Source of the DNA: Haliotis rufescens | Lineage: Eukaryota | Assembly: GCF_023055435.1 (NCBI RefSeq) | Contig: NW_025963857.1 | Coordinates: 23,498,001 to 23,562,000, forward strand | Direction of reading: 5' to 3' | Length of the DNA stretch: 64,000 nt | In this document: piece by piece, positions 25,231 through 36,876 of the stretch | Layout: every line of letters starts with the position of its first letter | How positions within the stretch are numbered: position 1 is the stretch's first letter | Notes under the pieces: generated by a model | What the model was told of the DNA's origin: nothing | The model's input: only the letters and a program-made list of their open reading frames with translations | The model's database searches: none | Program-made: the position numbers and the translations under genes

Positions 25231-27890
25231 TTTGAGTATCTATTGAGTAACGGGAAAATTATTGTCAAGAAAGGTAAAATAGCATGTTATCGTTACTCAT
25301 CTGGTAAATTCAGTTCACACCACTCATTGTGAATTATGTTATCAGTTTTGCTTTCACCCGCATTCATATATTTCTCAATTTACAAGAACGTCTTATGTTA
25401 CATATTCGGACTTTTATGAATTGGCTCAACATAAAGATTGAAAACAGCCTGATGCGCAGCAGATGAATCAAAAATTAAAAGTATACATATATATCACAAG
25501 CAAAATTTAAATTAGTACTTGCAGTTTGGTCTTTACTCGTATCTGTGTCTCAACGGCAGGTGAAGATAAGAGATGATGGAACAGTTTCCCCCGTCCTTTA
25601 TATATACCATTTGTGAATTATACGTGATTGATTTACCTTGGGCTGACCACTTCCAGGTAAGTAACGCACCTCAGCTTAATGGTGTTAAGTAAGCATTCTT
25701 TTCGCATCAAAGGGCCCGAGGTTATCACCCTACGGGTACACATGCGAGCTGGTATCCATGAACATCGATTAAGGAAGTACAAGACAACGTATATAAAGGT
25801 GGCAAACAGACACACTCTCTCTGGCATCGTCGAGCTGCATTTCAAACAGTCCTCGATACTCAATGTTTAACCTATATTATTTAGGGGCGGTCGGGTAGCC
25901 TAGTGGTTAAAGCGTTCGCTCGTTACGCCGAAGACACGGGTTCGATTTCCGACATGGGGACAATGTGTGCAGCCCATTGCTGGTGTCCCCCGCCGTGATA
26001 TTGCTGGAATATTGCTAAAAGCGGCGTAAAACCATACTCACTCACTCACTTTAACCTATATTAAGTAAATATTCGATAATGGTCTGAAAAGTGTGTATCC
26101 AGTAAATATATGATGTGGGAGCAACATACATCAGACATTTTAATGCATCTGTGTGATACGACATAACATGAGACCAGAAAACTGATGCAACACACCAGTA
26201 CAGCCTCGCCACAATACAGCAGTAGCACTGTACCACACGAGGTCAACTATGCTAACCGTCTCCGTGTAATACAGCAGCCTGCTCACAAGAAAATAGCTTC
26301 TGCTGAATATACTGCAGAAGTCCCCAGATACTACATTATTCTCCCCGAATTTTATTTATCTTACTGCACAATAACTATAAACTACAACAGCTTTATTTCC
26401 TAACTGAAAGGGACATATATTGGTTTCTTCTCACAAAGGGACTGTCGCTATGAATACTCACAACACCTTTATATGTGTGTAGTATCTGTTAAAAGCCGAA
26501 AGAACACCAGTGTCTTCTGAAAACATGATATACATATGAACAACAGCTTGTTTTTTCGTCTTTGTTGACTTGTCTTTGTATGTGTTTGTGACGGTAGAAC
26601 CGATGGGGCAGGATACGCTTACTTTTTGGCAACCGCCAGGTATCATCACTATCTGATTGGTTAGTTGGTTGGTTGGTTGTTTAACGCTGCACTCAGCAAT
26701 ATATTACTGCTATGTGACGGCGGTCTGTAAATAATCGAGTCTGGACCAGACAATCCATTGATTAAAATTATTAGCATCGATCCACCCAATTGGGATCGAT
26801 GACATGCATCAACCAAGTCAGCGAGCCTGACCACCCGATCCCGTTAGTCGCCTTTTACGACAAGCATAGTCACCTTTTACGGCAAGCATGGGTTGCTGAA
26901 GACCTATTCTACCCAGGTGTTAGTGAATAGTTCATATTTGTTGGATGTTTCATGAGCTCCTCCGTCCGTTCCATCGTGTGCCAAATTGGGAGAATGTTGT
27001 CTTTTGACAATGTCTCAGCCATTCATACTTTTGCATATATACTTAATCACTGTTGCAAATAACTCACTTTAACGTGTTTTAATCTTCTGCTGAGTCTTAG
27101 GTCGTAAACATTAGAAGAAAGTATATAAATCGTCTCTACCCTTTACGTATGCCCTTGACATGATGAAGCAGTAGTGATAGTGATGATTGTGTTCTTTCAA
27201 GGCGTGTTTAGACCAAAACTGTTACCAAGAATAAAACACGCGCAAATCAGTTTGACAATGTGTAACTATATAAGGGTTGCCCAGAAAAACCGTACATCTA
27301 AAAGTAAAGACGTGTGTTTTCAGAAGAAAATGCTCTTAAAGTATAACACAAAGGTGTTTTCAAAGATAGACATGATCAAACGACTTGTTTTTACAGTCTG
27401 GTTGTTGTTATAAAGACTTATGACACGCTTTAAAGTTGAACTATTTATTCCGCTGAATTTCACTCTCTACAGTTACCAAATGCAATCTCCTTTGTATTGA
27501 TAAATGATTGTCACTTCTGCTTTGTAATCAAACAATAGGGATATATTAGCTATTTGTTTGTTCATTGTAATCTTCAATCCTACCAATGCAGTTTGGAATC
27601 TTCAAATTCGCGCTCTGATTTAATCAATATGTATTTTACAAATAGCGCCTACAGGGAAGGTGGTTAGTAAACACACAACTAAATATCTATAATGAATGAA
27701 TGAATTTCTTTATTTCCTCCAGAGTTGAATCCGAAGATTTTACATGGGCAAGTACATTATTTACAAAACATCAATGAAATTACTTGAATATATACAAAGA
27801 AATCATGTTATACACTACTATGAATAAACAATTTACAATGTACATTTTGAGAGCAGTAAGGTATCTAGTAGATATACATAAGGTATTTCT

Positions 27891-30800
27891 TTAAATTCCA
27901 TATGAAGTGGCAGAAGACATTATGATGCTTTGCCAAGTATCGTAATCAAGTTCGTTTGTCAAGTCATGGACATCTGCACCGAGAAAGAAAGAAAGCATAT
28001 CATCATCGTCAAGCATATCTATTTTCACGTATACATCTACATCAAGTTTATCAATTAGGCATGAGAAGAAATTATTTCTGTCAGGCATAAACATTTCACA
28101 GTGCAAAATAATATGGCAATCATAGTCATAGCAATGTCTATTGCAATGGTTACATTCTTTCGACACTTTTGCTCTTGATCCGATTTTAATACAAAGTTGC
28201 AGGGGTTGTCTTAGATGTGGATAGAGATACACTACATTATAAAGAACATGCATTTGTAACCGTTTATGAATTTTATGGTATCGTGAAAGATCCGGTCTCT
28301 GTGCTAGTCTCTCTCTCCAGATGTACTGTTCATTCTCTGATAGACGTCTGATTACGAGAGCTCGCCAAGCCGATTTTGTTGGGAACGAACCGCTATCAGT
28401 ATATCCCTTTATATAGTTATCCAAATGGTATTTTTTAGCAGTATATAGAAGGATGTTGCATATGCTTACTGGACGGCTAATATTGACAAAAGCGTTGGTA
28501 GCAATGTGAGCACAAAATAGGTCTTTTGTTATTGAGTTACAATCGTTATTGCAGAGCCTTCCTAATAATTGTAGTCTACATTTATCAATGTAGCCATTCA
28601 TTGACCACATTCCCAAGTTAGAAATAGACGAATCGGTTGGATGTCTTTTACCAAATCCTTGTATATGACGAGCAAAGTAACTTTGTGTACATTCAATCAT
28701 TTCAAGTTCTTTACCGAAAAGGCTGGTAACAATTCACATCCATAAAAGCTTGTAGATAAAATCATTCTTTTCCATATATTGACATATGCAACTGGGTGGA
28801 GGTCTGAGTCGTTGAGGCCGAGTGATCGTAGTGAATTAACACTTTTTCTTGCTTTTGAGCAACATGTCATGATTCTTTCTTTACAGGATAAATTATTGTT
28901 TATGATTATTCCGCCATATTTGACGGAGTCGGAAGTGTCAATTATTGCATCGCCAAATTTGTAGGTTACTTTATTATGACGCTGGCGTGTTTTGCAGAAT
29001 ACAAGTGATTTACTCTTGGAGGCATTATAGGTGAGTCTCCATTTGTTGGCATATAAACGAACTGAATCAAGGGAAGACTGTAAGCCCCGTGGGGTTGTAG
29101 ACAAGAGCGTTGTGTCATCGGCCAATAACACACTGGGTATATAGATGCCATAAACAGAGAGGCCATCGTTTGCTTTCCTTAGTTCTATGAAAACGAGAAA
29201 GAACCATGCTGACATAACTCGACCTTGCCCAACACCTTGTTTAATGGGAAACACATCAGTTCTTTCTCCATTGTAGGATATCAAAGCACAGCTGTCTGTA
29301 TAGCTATCGAAAAGTAAGTTCCATAATTTACCTTTCACACCAAGGTCATGTAATTTGACAAAAAGACCGTCGTGCCAAATACGATCGAAAGCTTTTTCAT
29401 TATCTAAAAATGCAGCAAACACTTGTGATTCTCTTTCTAGGTAAAAATTAACACATTCTAAAACGGTGAATACAGACATGATTGCTCCATGTTCCTTTCT
29501 GAAACCAAATTGTAAAGCATCGGGGAATGATTGGAGATTACTGGGTGTATATTTTTCTATTCTACTTAAAATGATTTTCTCAAGGAGTTTAGATAGACAC
29601 GATGTAAGAGTTATGCCCCTGTAGTAACGTGGATCATGTTTGTCGTTTTTGCCTTTATAAATAGGTATTATCATGCCTTTTCTGAAGGCACATGGATAAT
29701 ACTGGGATGCAAGTATTTGATTGAATAGGTGTTTGAGGGTTACTACAAGCATCTCTCCTCCAAATATCAGGTGTTCATTTGTGATACCATCAGGTCCTGG
29801 AGATTTGTTTCTTTTAAGGTTGTGTATATGTGATCTGATTTCTGGGACTTGGATTTCTGTATACAGGATATCATCTAGTGGATCATGATTATGACGATTT
29901 TGTTCCATGATATAATGAAGTTTTGATACAACGGTGAGTTTAAAGTTTTCGTCAAAATCATCAGACTGGTGAGGTTTTGCCAAGTCTGAATAATAGTCAC
30001 CCCACAGTTTACATATATCAGCTGAAGAAACAGCACTACGTCCATTGTAAACTAATTTATCAATAACCGGACTCTTGCGTCTCAACTGACGAACATGTTT
30101 ATAGAATGTATTTATATCGGCTTCACATGTCTTTTCTAGTTCTGTACTTATTTCTTTGCGCTGTTTACGTTTTGATTTTCGGTGTAAACGTCTAAATTCC
30201 CTTTTTGCATTTTTATAGGATTTGTATAATCTAGAGTTTCCTCCCCGTGGTCTATTATCTGCTATCCATTCTCGTCTGGCCGACCTCATTTCATAGTGGG
30301 ACTGATTTAACCCATCATTTTTCCAATAGGGCTTCAAATGTGATCTATATACACTTTGGGGGATATTGTTAGAGCTGGCCTTCATAAGACATTTACTTAG
30401 CTCTTCGTTAAATTGCTCTATGACATCAGGTTGAACGTGGTCAGATGCTATACATACAGAGGAGAGAAGTGTGTCAACTTCTTTTGTATACATATTTATG
30501 TGTATTTCGTCTGCCTTGGGCCACTTTGGAACATGTGTTGTTTCCACATTGGGTGGGGTTTGATGTGTACATTGTATGCAGACAAGGCAAGGCAAGTGGT
30601 CCGAAGTATCGTACTGACATTGATCAAGTATGCTGCACTGGATGATGCAGTTACGCATGTTGGATGGTATGAGGGCATAGTCAATAAGTGATGTATTAAC
30701 ATTGTCTTTACTTCTGTACGTATACCCGGGACCTGTGTTGCATAGGTTATGCGTTACACTAACTAGGTGCCTATGATCTATTACCTTTTGTAGTAGCTTA

Positions 30801-31288
30801 TCGCGAGGAGACATGTTTATTCTGTGGATATCAGAATTTAAATCACCTAATATGACAGTGTCACCTTTGGCACTTAAAGTATCATACATGTCAATGACTT
30901 CATCTAATGCGTTGACATACACTGAATGTAAGACGTTAGTTGAGGGAAGACGGCAACATATGACGGAGACATCATTATAACCCTTAGCATAAATAGTAGC
31001 AGCTACAAAGAAATGAGAGTTAGTATGTAGCGACTTGGCACTCCACATGGATGTATCATTACATAGAATAGCCGTGCCACCAGAGCCTCTAGCAGAAAGT
31101 AATTGTGAATTACATGAATAGGTACTAACTGAAAAACCAGACAAGTCATTAAATCTATACTCACAATCCGGCGAAAGCCAGTGTTCCTGAATAGCCAGTA
31201 TGTCCACTGAGTTTGGAATTACACTATTTATACCACGTGTACCATATAACAGACCACGCACATTCCATGTAAGAAGACTAAGGGTCAT
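27891..31288 (-). pseudogene. LINE ORF2 (endonuclease-reverse transcriptase-zinc knuckle) with one frameshift near 28712-28720
   Basis: EN motifs LLTWNVRGL, AIQEHWL, ILGDLNS, IDY and SDHLP. RT motifs KSPGPDGI, YRGITL, QFGFR, FLDNEKAFD, GVGQG and LLADD. C-terminal CxxC...HIILHC. The two track ORFs join as YGCELLPAFS/KELEMIECTQ. Confidence 0.92.
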
Positions 31289-31349
31289 AATTGAAGACAC
31301 AAGAGACATGATTGAGTGGGACACTGGTTTCAGCACTAATGCATGTTTT

Positions 31350-32983
31350 CTACTGACGTCTTTGGTTGTTATCACTGTACTGACCGTGCTTTTCATAGTT
31401 CCTGAAGCGCGGAACGTAGTCACGACATTGTATATCTTCAGGCCAGAACTTTTTGTCATTAATGACATAATCATAATCGTCACACGACATATTGACTTGA
31501 ACTGTGTATGTCTCTGTATTGTCGTAGTGGACACGTTTCTTCAGCAGGCGTGCATGAGTAACACGTACGTGGCGTTCATGTGCGTAGTCAAAGATTAACT
31601 GTTTGACATCATCAAAAGATTTGTCTGCCCTGATATTAGAGAGGACAACTCTTTTGGTCCGGACTCTTGAAACCCCTTCAAGTGTGTTGTAGGATTTAGC
31701 CAGTGACTTGATCTTGTAGGTGCTTGAAGGTTTATCAGAGTGACTTCCTGTGTGAGGATGGACAGGTTGAGAGTTGTCACCATCTTCCATGCCGGAAAAC
31801 ACTAGACCATGGACGTTATCATTGTAGATGTTCCACAGAAGATCAGTGTTCGTCAAATCTACCATACGTGGTTTCTCCTTTGGTTTTGAAGTCGTTGTTT
31901 CTGATGTTGTATTTTGTGAGATTCTCTCCTTGTATGATGTGCTCTGTTTCTCAGTCTTTCGTTGTCATGACTGTTTGCGTTCGTTGAAGGTTGTGTGGGT
32001 GTGGGTTGGCACTGGGAAGTGTCAGGGGTGATCGTTGTTGATGCAGTTTGAGTCTGTTCAGTGGGTACATCAGTTGATTTTGGGGGCGATTTTACTGCAC
32101 TGGCATACGAGAGCTTCATCTTGGAAGTGACGTTGCCTATCTTATTATCAATAGTCTTTAGTTTGGTGTCTATTTGATAATAAAGACGAAGTAGTTCATG
32201 CTCAAGCTCCTGAACTCTTTCCTTGAGAGTTTTAATTTCTTGTGAGTCGAGTTTGAGTTGTGCTCTTAATTCCGATCGTCTTAGTTCTGAATCTTCCAGC
32301 CTTTTAGCAAGGTCGTCAATTGTCTTCCTCTTGTGGCCGATTTCAAGATCTTTTTGTGACAGGTCTTCATTAAGTTTCAACTCGATATCCGAGAGCTTCT
32401 TGTCAGTGGATTTTGTAGCCTGTGAGACACACTGTTTAAGTTGCACGATATGACTCAGTATGAGCCCAATGGCATCAGTATCACCTGTTAGTTTTCGATC
32501 TGATTCAATGTAAGCGTCATTTTCATCGTTGTCGTACGAAGGTACAACTGACAGGGACATATTCCTGACACTCGCCCTACTGAGTACTTTAGACTGGAGT
32601 ACATGATCTGGTACACCTCCTTCTATGAAGTGGAAAAGATAGTATACATCTTGTGCACATTTATCGAGGGCATTGTGAACACCGCCATTTGTATTTCGTC
32701 GTTTGACAAGCGATCCTGGTGGAAAGTTGTCACAATTATCCTTCGCATAATCGTATAAGCTCTCTCTGACGTGATTGATTTCCTTCATGCTTTTGTCGTA
32801 GATACCAAGTAAGTTTTCCATGAATGATCGCTTTTCTTTGTGTCCAAGTTTTTTCTTAATCTCCAGATACATGGCTTTATCCTGTTCATCGCTGGGCTGT
32901 GTACTGTAGACCTCGTCGGATTCTTCTATTGTTGGCCCATCAGTACCCGAGCGCTCACTGTGCGTCTCTGGTGGAGACTCCAT
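31350..32983 (-). pseudogene. LINE ORF1 (coiled coil + S/T linker + RRM-like C-terminal domain) with one frameshift near 31965
   Basis: Heptad-rich helix KDLEIG...ELEHELL. The S/T-rich linker continues in the other frame (QRKTEKQSTS...KPRMVDL) into a domain ending FWPEDIQCRDY. Confidence 0.8.
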
Positions 32984-35167
32984 TGTTGGGCAGGCTTGGG
33001 TTGTTAACACATGCGTGGCGAGATAGTTTTGTTATTGCAAATAGTTTTACAGATTTTAACCAAAAACAACATTAAACTCAGTTTCCGAGAAACATCGTTT
33101 TCACGGCATTGTTTTCCTGTAATGCTCAGCTGTAAGTAGGTACTTTCTCAATTAGTCAGCTGTACAGATCATGAGATAAGTAGCACTTTTCTCAGAGCGA
33201 TATTACGTACGACCGTCTCCTTCGACGATCAACTATTATCACAAAGGGACTGTCACTATGAATACTCACAACACCTTTTTATGTGTGTAGTATCTGTTAA
33301 AAGCCGAAAGTACACCAATGTCTTCTGAAAACATGATTGACATAGATTGCTCACAAGAAAATAGCTTCTGCTGAATATACTGCAGAAGTCCCCAGATACT
33401 ACATTATTCTCTCCGAATTTTATTTATCTTACTGCACAATAACTATATTTCCTAACTGAAAGGGACATATATTGGTTTCTTCTCACAAAGGGACTGTCGC
33501 TATGAATACTCACAACACCTTTATATGTGTGTAGTATCTGTTAAAAGCCGAAAGAACACCAGTGTCTTCTGAAAACATGATTGACATATGAACAACAGCT
33601 TGTTTTCTCGTCTTTGTTGACTTGTCTTTGTATGCGTTTGTGACGGTAGAACCGATGGGGCAGGATACGCTTACTTTTTGGCAACCGCCAGGTATCATCA
33701 CTATCTGATTGGTTAGTTGGTTGGTTGGTTGTTAAACGCCGCACTCAGCAATATATTACTGCTATGTGACGGCGGTCTGTAAATAATCGAGTCTGGACCA
33801 GACAATCCAGTGATTAAAATCATTAGCATCGATCCACCCAATTGGGATCGATGACATGCATCAACAAAGTCAGCGAGCCTGACCACCCGATCCCGTTAGT
33901 CGCCTTTTACGACAAGCATAGTCACCTTTTACGGCAAGCATGGGTTGCTGAAGACCTATTCTACCCCGGAATCCACTCTCTGATAGTCATTCATACGCAC
34001 ATGCTGTGATCATTATAGTCGGAATCGTACAATGGCCTTTGCTTCGAGCAGAGCTTTCGAATGATTCTGAAAAGGGTTTTGTGGCGTTTATTTGCAACTG
34101 CGTTTCTTGAGAGAACTCTCTTATCTTCAACATATCATCTTGATAATTGTACACTTCATTATCAAGGAATTTGTGATAATACGAGCATCACTAAATTTGA
34201 TATCTCAATTTCTATAGATAACGCCTGAATATTGATATAATAATCATTCAATGATGACCCTTTAACTACATAAATCGTCAACGCCAGAGAATATTCAGGC
34301 TCGATTATCTGTTGAAACAGATTTCATTGGGTGTAAAAGGCAAGATTGTGCTAAAATGTATACTGAATATCAGTGATGTCACCAGGTGTTAGTGAATAGT
34401 TCATATTTGTTGGATGTTTCATGAGCTCCTCCGTCCGTTCCATCGTGTGCCAAATTGGGAGAATGTTGTCTTTTGACAATGTCTCAGCCATTCATACTTT
34501 GGCATATATACTTAATCACTGTTGCAAATAACTCACGTTAACGTGTTTTAATCTTCGGCTGAGTCTTAGGTCGTAAACATTAGAAGAAAGTATATAAATC
34601 GTCTCTACCCTTTACGTATGCCCTTGACATGATGAAGCAGTAGTGATAGTGATTATTGTGTTCTTTTAAGGCGTGTTTAGACCAAAACTCTTACCAAGAA
34701 TAAAACACGCGCAAATCAGTTTGACAATGTGTAACTATATAAGGTTTGCCCAGAAAAACCGTACATCTAAAAGTAAAGACGTGTGTTTTCAGAAGAAAAT
34801 GCTCTTAAAGTATAACACAAAGGTGTTTTCAAAGATAGACATGATCAAACGACTTGTTTTTACAGTCTGGTTGTTGTTATAAAGACTTATGACAAGCTTT
34901 AAAGTTGAACCATTTATTCCGCTGAATTTCACTCTCTACAGTTACCAAATGCAATCTCCTTTGTATTGATAAATGACTGTCACTTCTGCTTTTTAATCAA
35001 ACAATAGGGATATATTAGCTATTTGTTTGTTCATTGTAATCTTCAATCCTACCAATCCAGTTCGGAATCTTCAAATTCGCGCTCTGATTTAATCAATATG
35101 TATTTTACAAATAGCGCCTACAGGGAAGGTGGTTAGTAAACACACAACTAAATATCTATATAGATAC

Positions 35168-35483
35168 TTCTCCTATTAATTACATAAGCAGTATGCAAAA
35201 TGTTAAATTGCATCATCAAATCAAGAAGTACATGTTTGATGGAAATTACAAATAATTCGTAGTTTGATAAGCTATACCCGGACAAGCGTATTTAATAGTT
35301 ACTTTTGAATTCAATCGTTTTGTTTTCTCCTTTTAATTACATAAGCAGTATGCAAAATGTTAAATTGCATAATCAAATCAAGAAGTACATGTTTGATGGA
35401 AAATTACAAATAATTCGTAGTTTGATAAGCTATACCCGGACAAGCGTATTTAATAGTTACTTTTGAATTCAATCGTTTTGTTT
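35168..35483. repeat. 157-bp tandem duplication in the spacer, shared by the two right-hand units (also ~39748-40056)
   Basis: ttctcct(a/t)ttaattacataagc...aatcgttttgttt occurs twice here and once in units 1-6. Confidence 0.92.
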
Positions 35484-36283
35484 GTGTAATTGATAAACTG
35501 TAAAGATATGTTATTGTCATGGAAATTCCAACTGTATGCATTCCCTTCTAACCAAAGCAGTAAGAATCTTGCAACATTTGTTTTGATGCTCTACATCACT
35601 ATGGCAGTCGGGTTTGTTTTATTGCAGCAGCTCAGATATTATTTATACAAAGCGCCATAACAACATGTAGATTGTATTCTGAATACAACTTTCGCTCATT
35701 TTCAAGGACAGCGCACACATTTGCATTTCAATACAGTGCACACTGTCTACCCCTTGATACCGTCAATGACTGCTTTGACAAAAATTGACACGCCTGCTTA
35801 TTTGTTTCGCTGCATGTTTTTAAAATGCAAATTGAAATACAGACAGCCAATTCCAGATATTATGGTACTTCAAATGGCCATCAAACCCTTTCCTGGCAGC
35901 CCAAATGATACATTCCCGTGAAACATGAACTCGGGTAAGTGACATTTGGTGGGAGATATATCAAGCATAAAATCCCTCCTCTTATCATCATGTCCGGTTT
36001 CCTCAGGAACTTAATAGCACATTTCAGTAGTTGATATCTTAGCTAGCAGTAAAACGCAATATCATTGAAGTGTGCTTGGATATTGGTCGACAACACGTAC
36101 TATGTCCAGAGTTTACAATATGGAGAAACATAGATCACTCTTCCATTGTGAACATTCAATTCAGATTAAGATTTTCAAACAAATTTCAAGGCGTAAATAA
36201 ATATGACAAGATTTTATTGAACCAATTCCATTGGTTTGAGAAAATACATAAATAGCCAGCATCACACTGCAGGTGATAATAAC

Positions 36284-36876
36284 TCAATAATAGCCGATAC
36301 CTGAAACAAACAAATAGTAGAATAAAGTTGGGATGTATGGATAAGTCACAACGAAGTCTTGAAACTAGCTGCATGATAAACTATACCAAATATTAGAGAA
36401 AGCAGAGAATAGTTTTAAAGATGTTTTGTAAATGTCATCAGCTTTGTCGCGGAAAATAGTAATACCACATAGGTAAATTATGCAATTTTGCAAACGAGAC
36501 TGGAGGTATATTTACGGATACGATAAACAAATGATATCATATTTTGTGAAATACCTTTTCCCAATCCAATTCCGTATCCTCCCATTCCGTAGAGACCACC
36601 ATAGCTCCCGAGTCCTCCGTGCAGACCTCCCATGCCTCCGTATAGACCTCCCATGCCTCCGTATAGACCTCCCATGCCTCCGTATAGACCTCCCATGCCT
36701 CCGTATAGACCTCCATAGCCTCCAAGACCTCCAAGGCCTCCGTACAATCCACCCATTCCGTAGCCAATTCCGCCCAGTCCTCCTTTCAACCCGCCAATTC
36801 CACCATACAGACCGGTAGGCTCGGCAAAGGCGGTAACAGCCAGGCAGGCAACAAGAGCGGCGACTATCTTCATCAT
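36284..36876 (-). CDS. Secreted Gly/Tyr-rich protein, copy 7 (112 aa variant); coding exons 36876-36555 and 36300-36284
   Basis: In frame. Lacks the KYGY module and has GGLHGGLGSY in place of GGLYGGLGGY. Confidence 0.9.

Larger units (their letters stand above)
27691..33238 (-). mobile_element. Near full-length two-ORF non-LTR retrotransposon (APE endonuclease + RT + CCHC; RTEX-like, clade call tentative)
   Basis: 3' AATAAA followed by a (CATT)n tail at 27691-27715. ORF1, ORF2 and ~250 bp of 5' UTR are present. Array sequence flanks both ends. Confidence 0.95.

Noticed and set aside
31289-31534. N-terminal 82 aa of the 945-aa track ORF
   Set aside because: Overlaps the ORF1 3' end in another frame. 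The endonuclease domain starts at MTLSLLTWNV (ATG at 31288).
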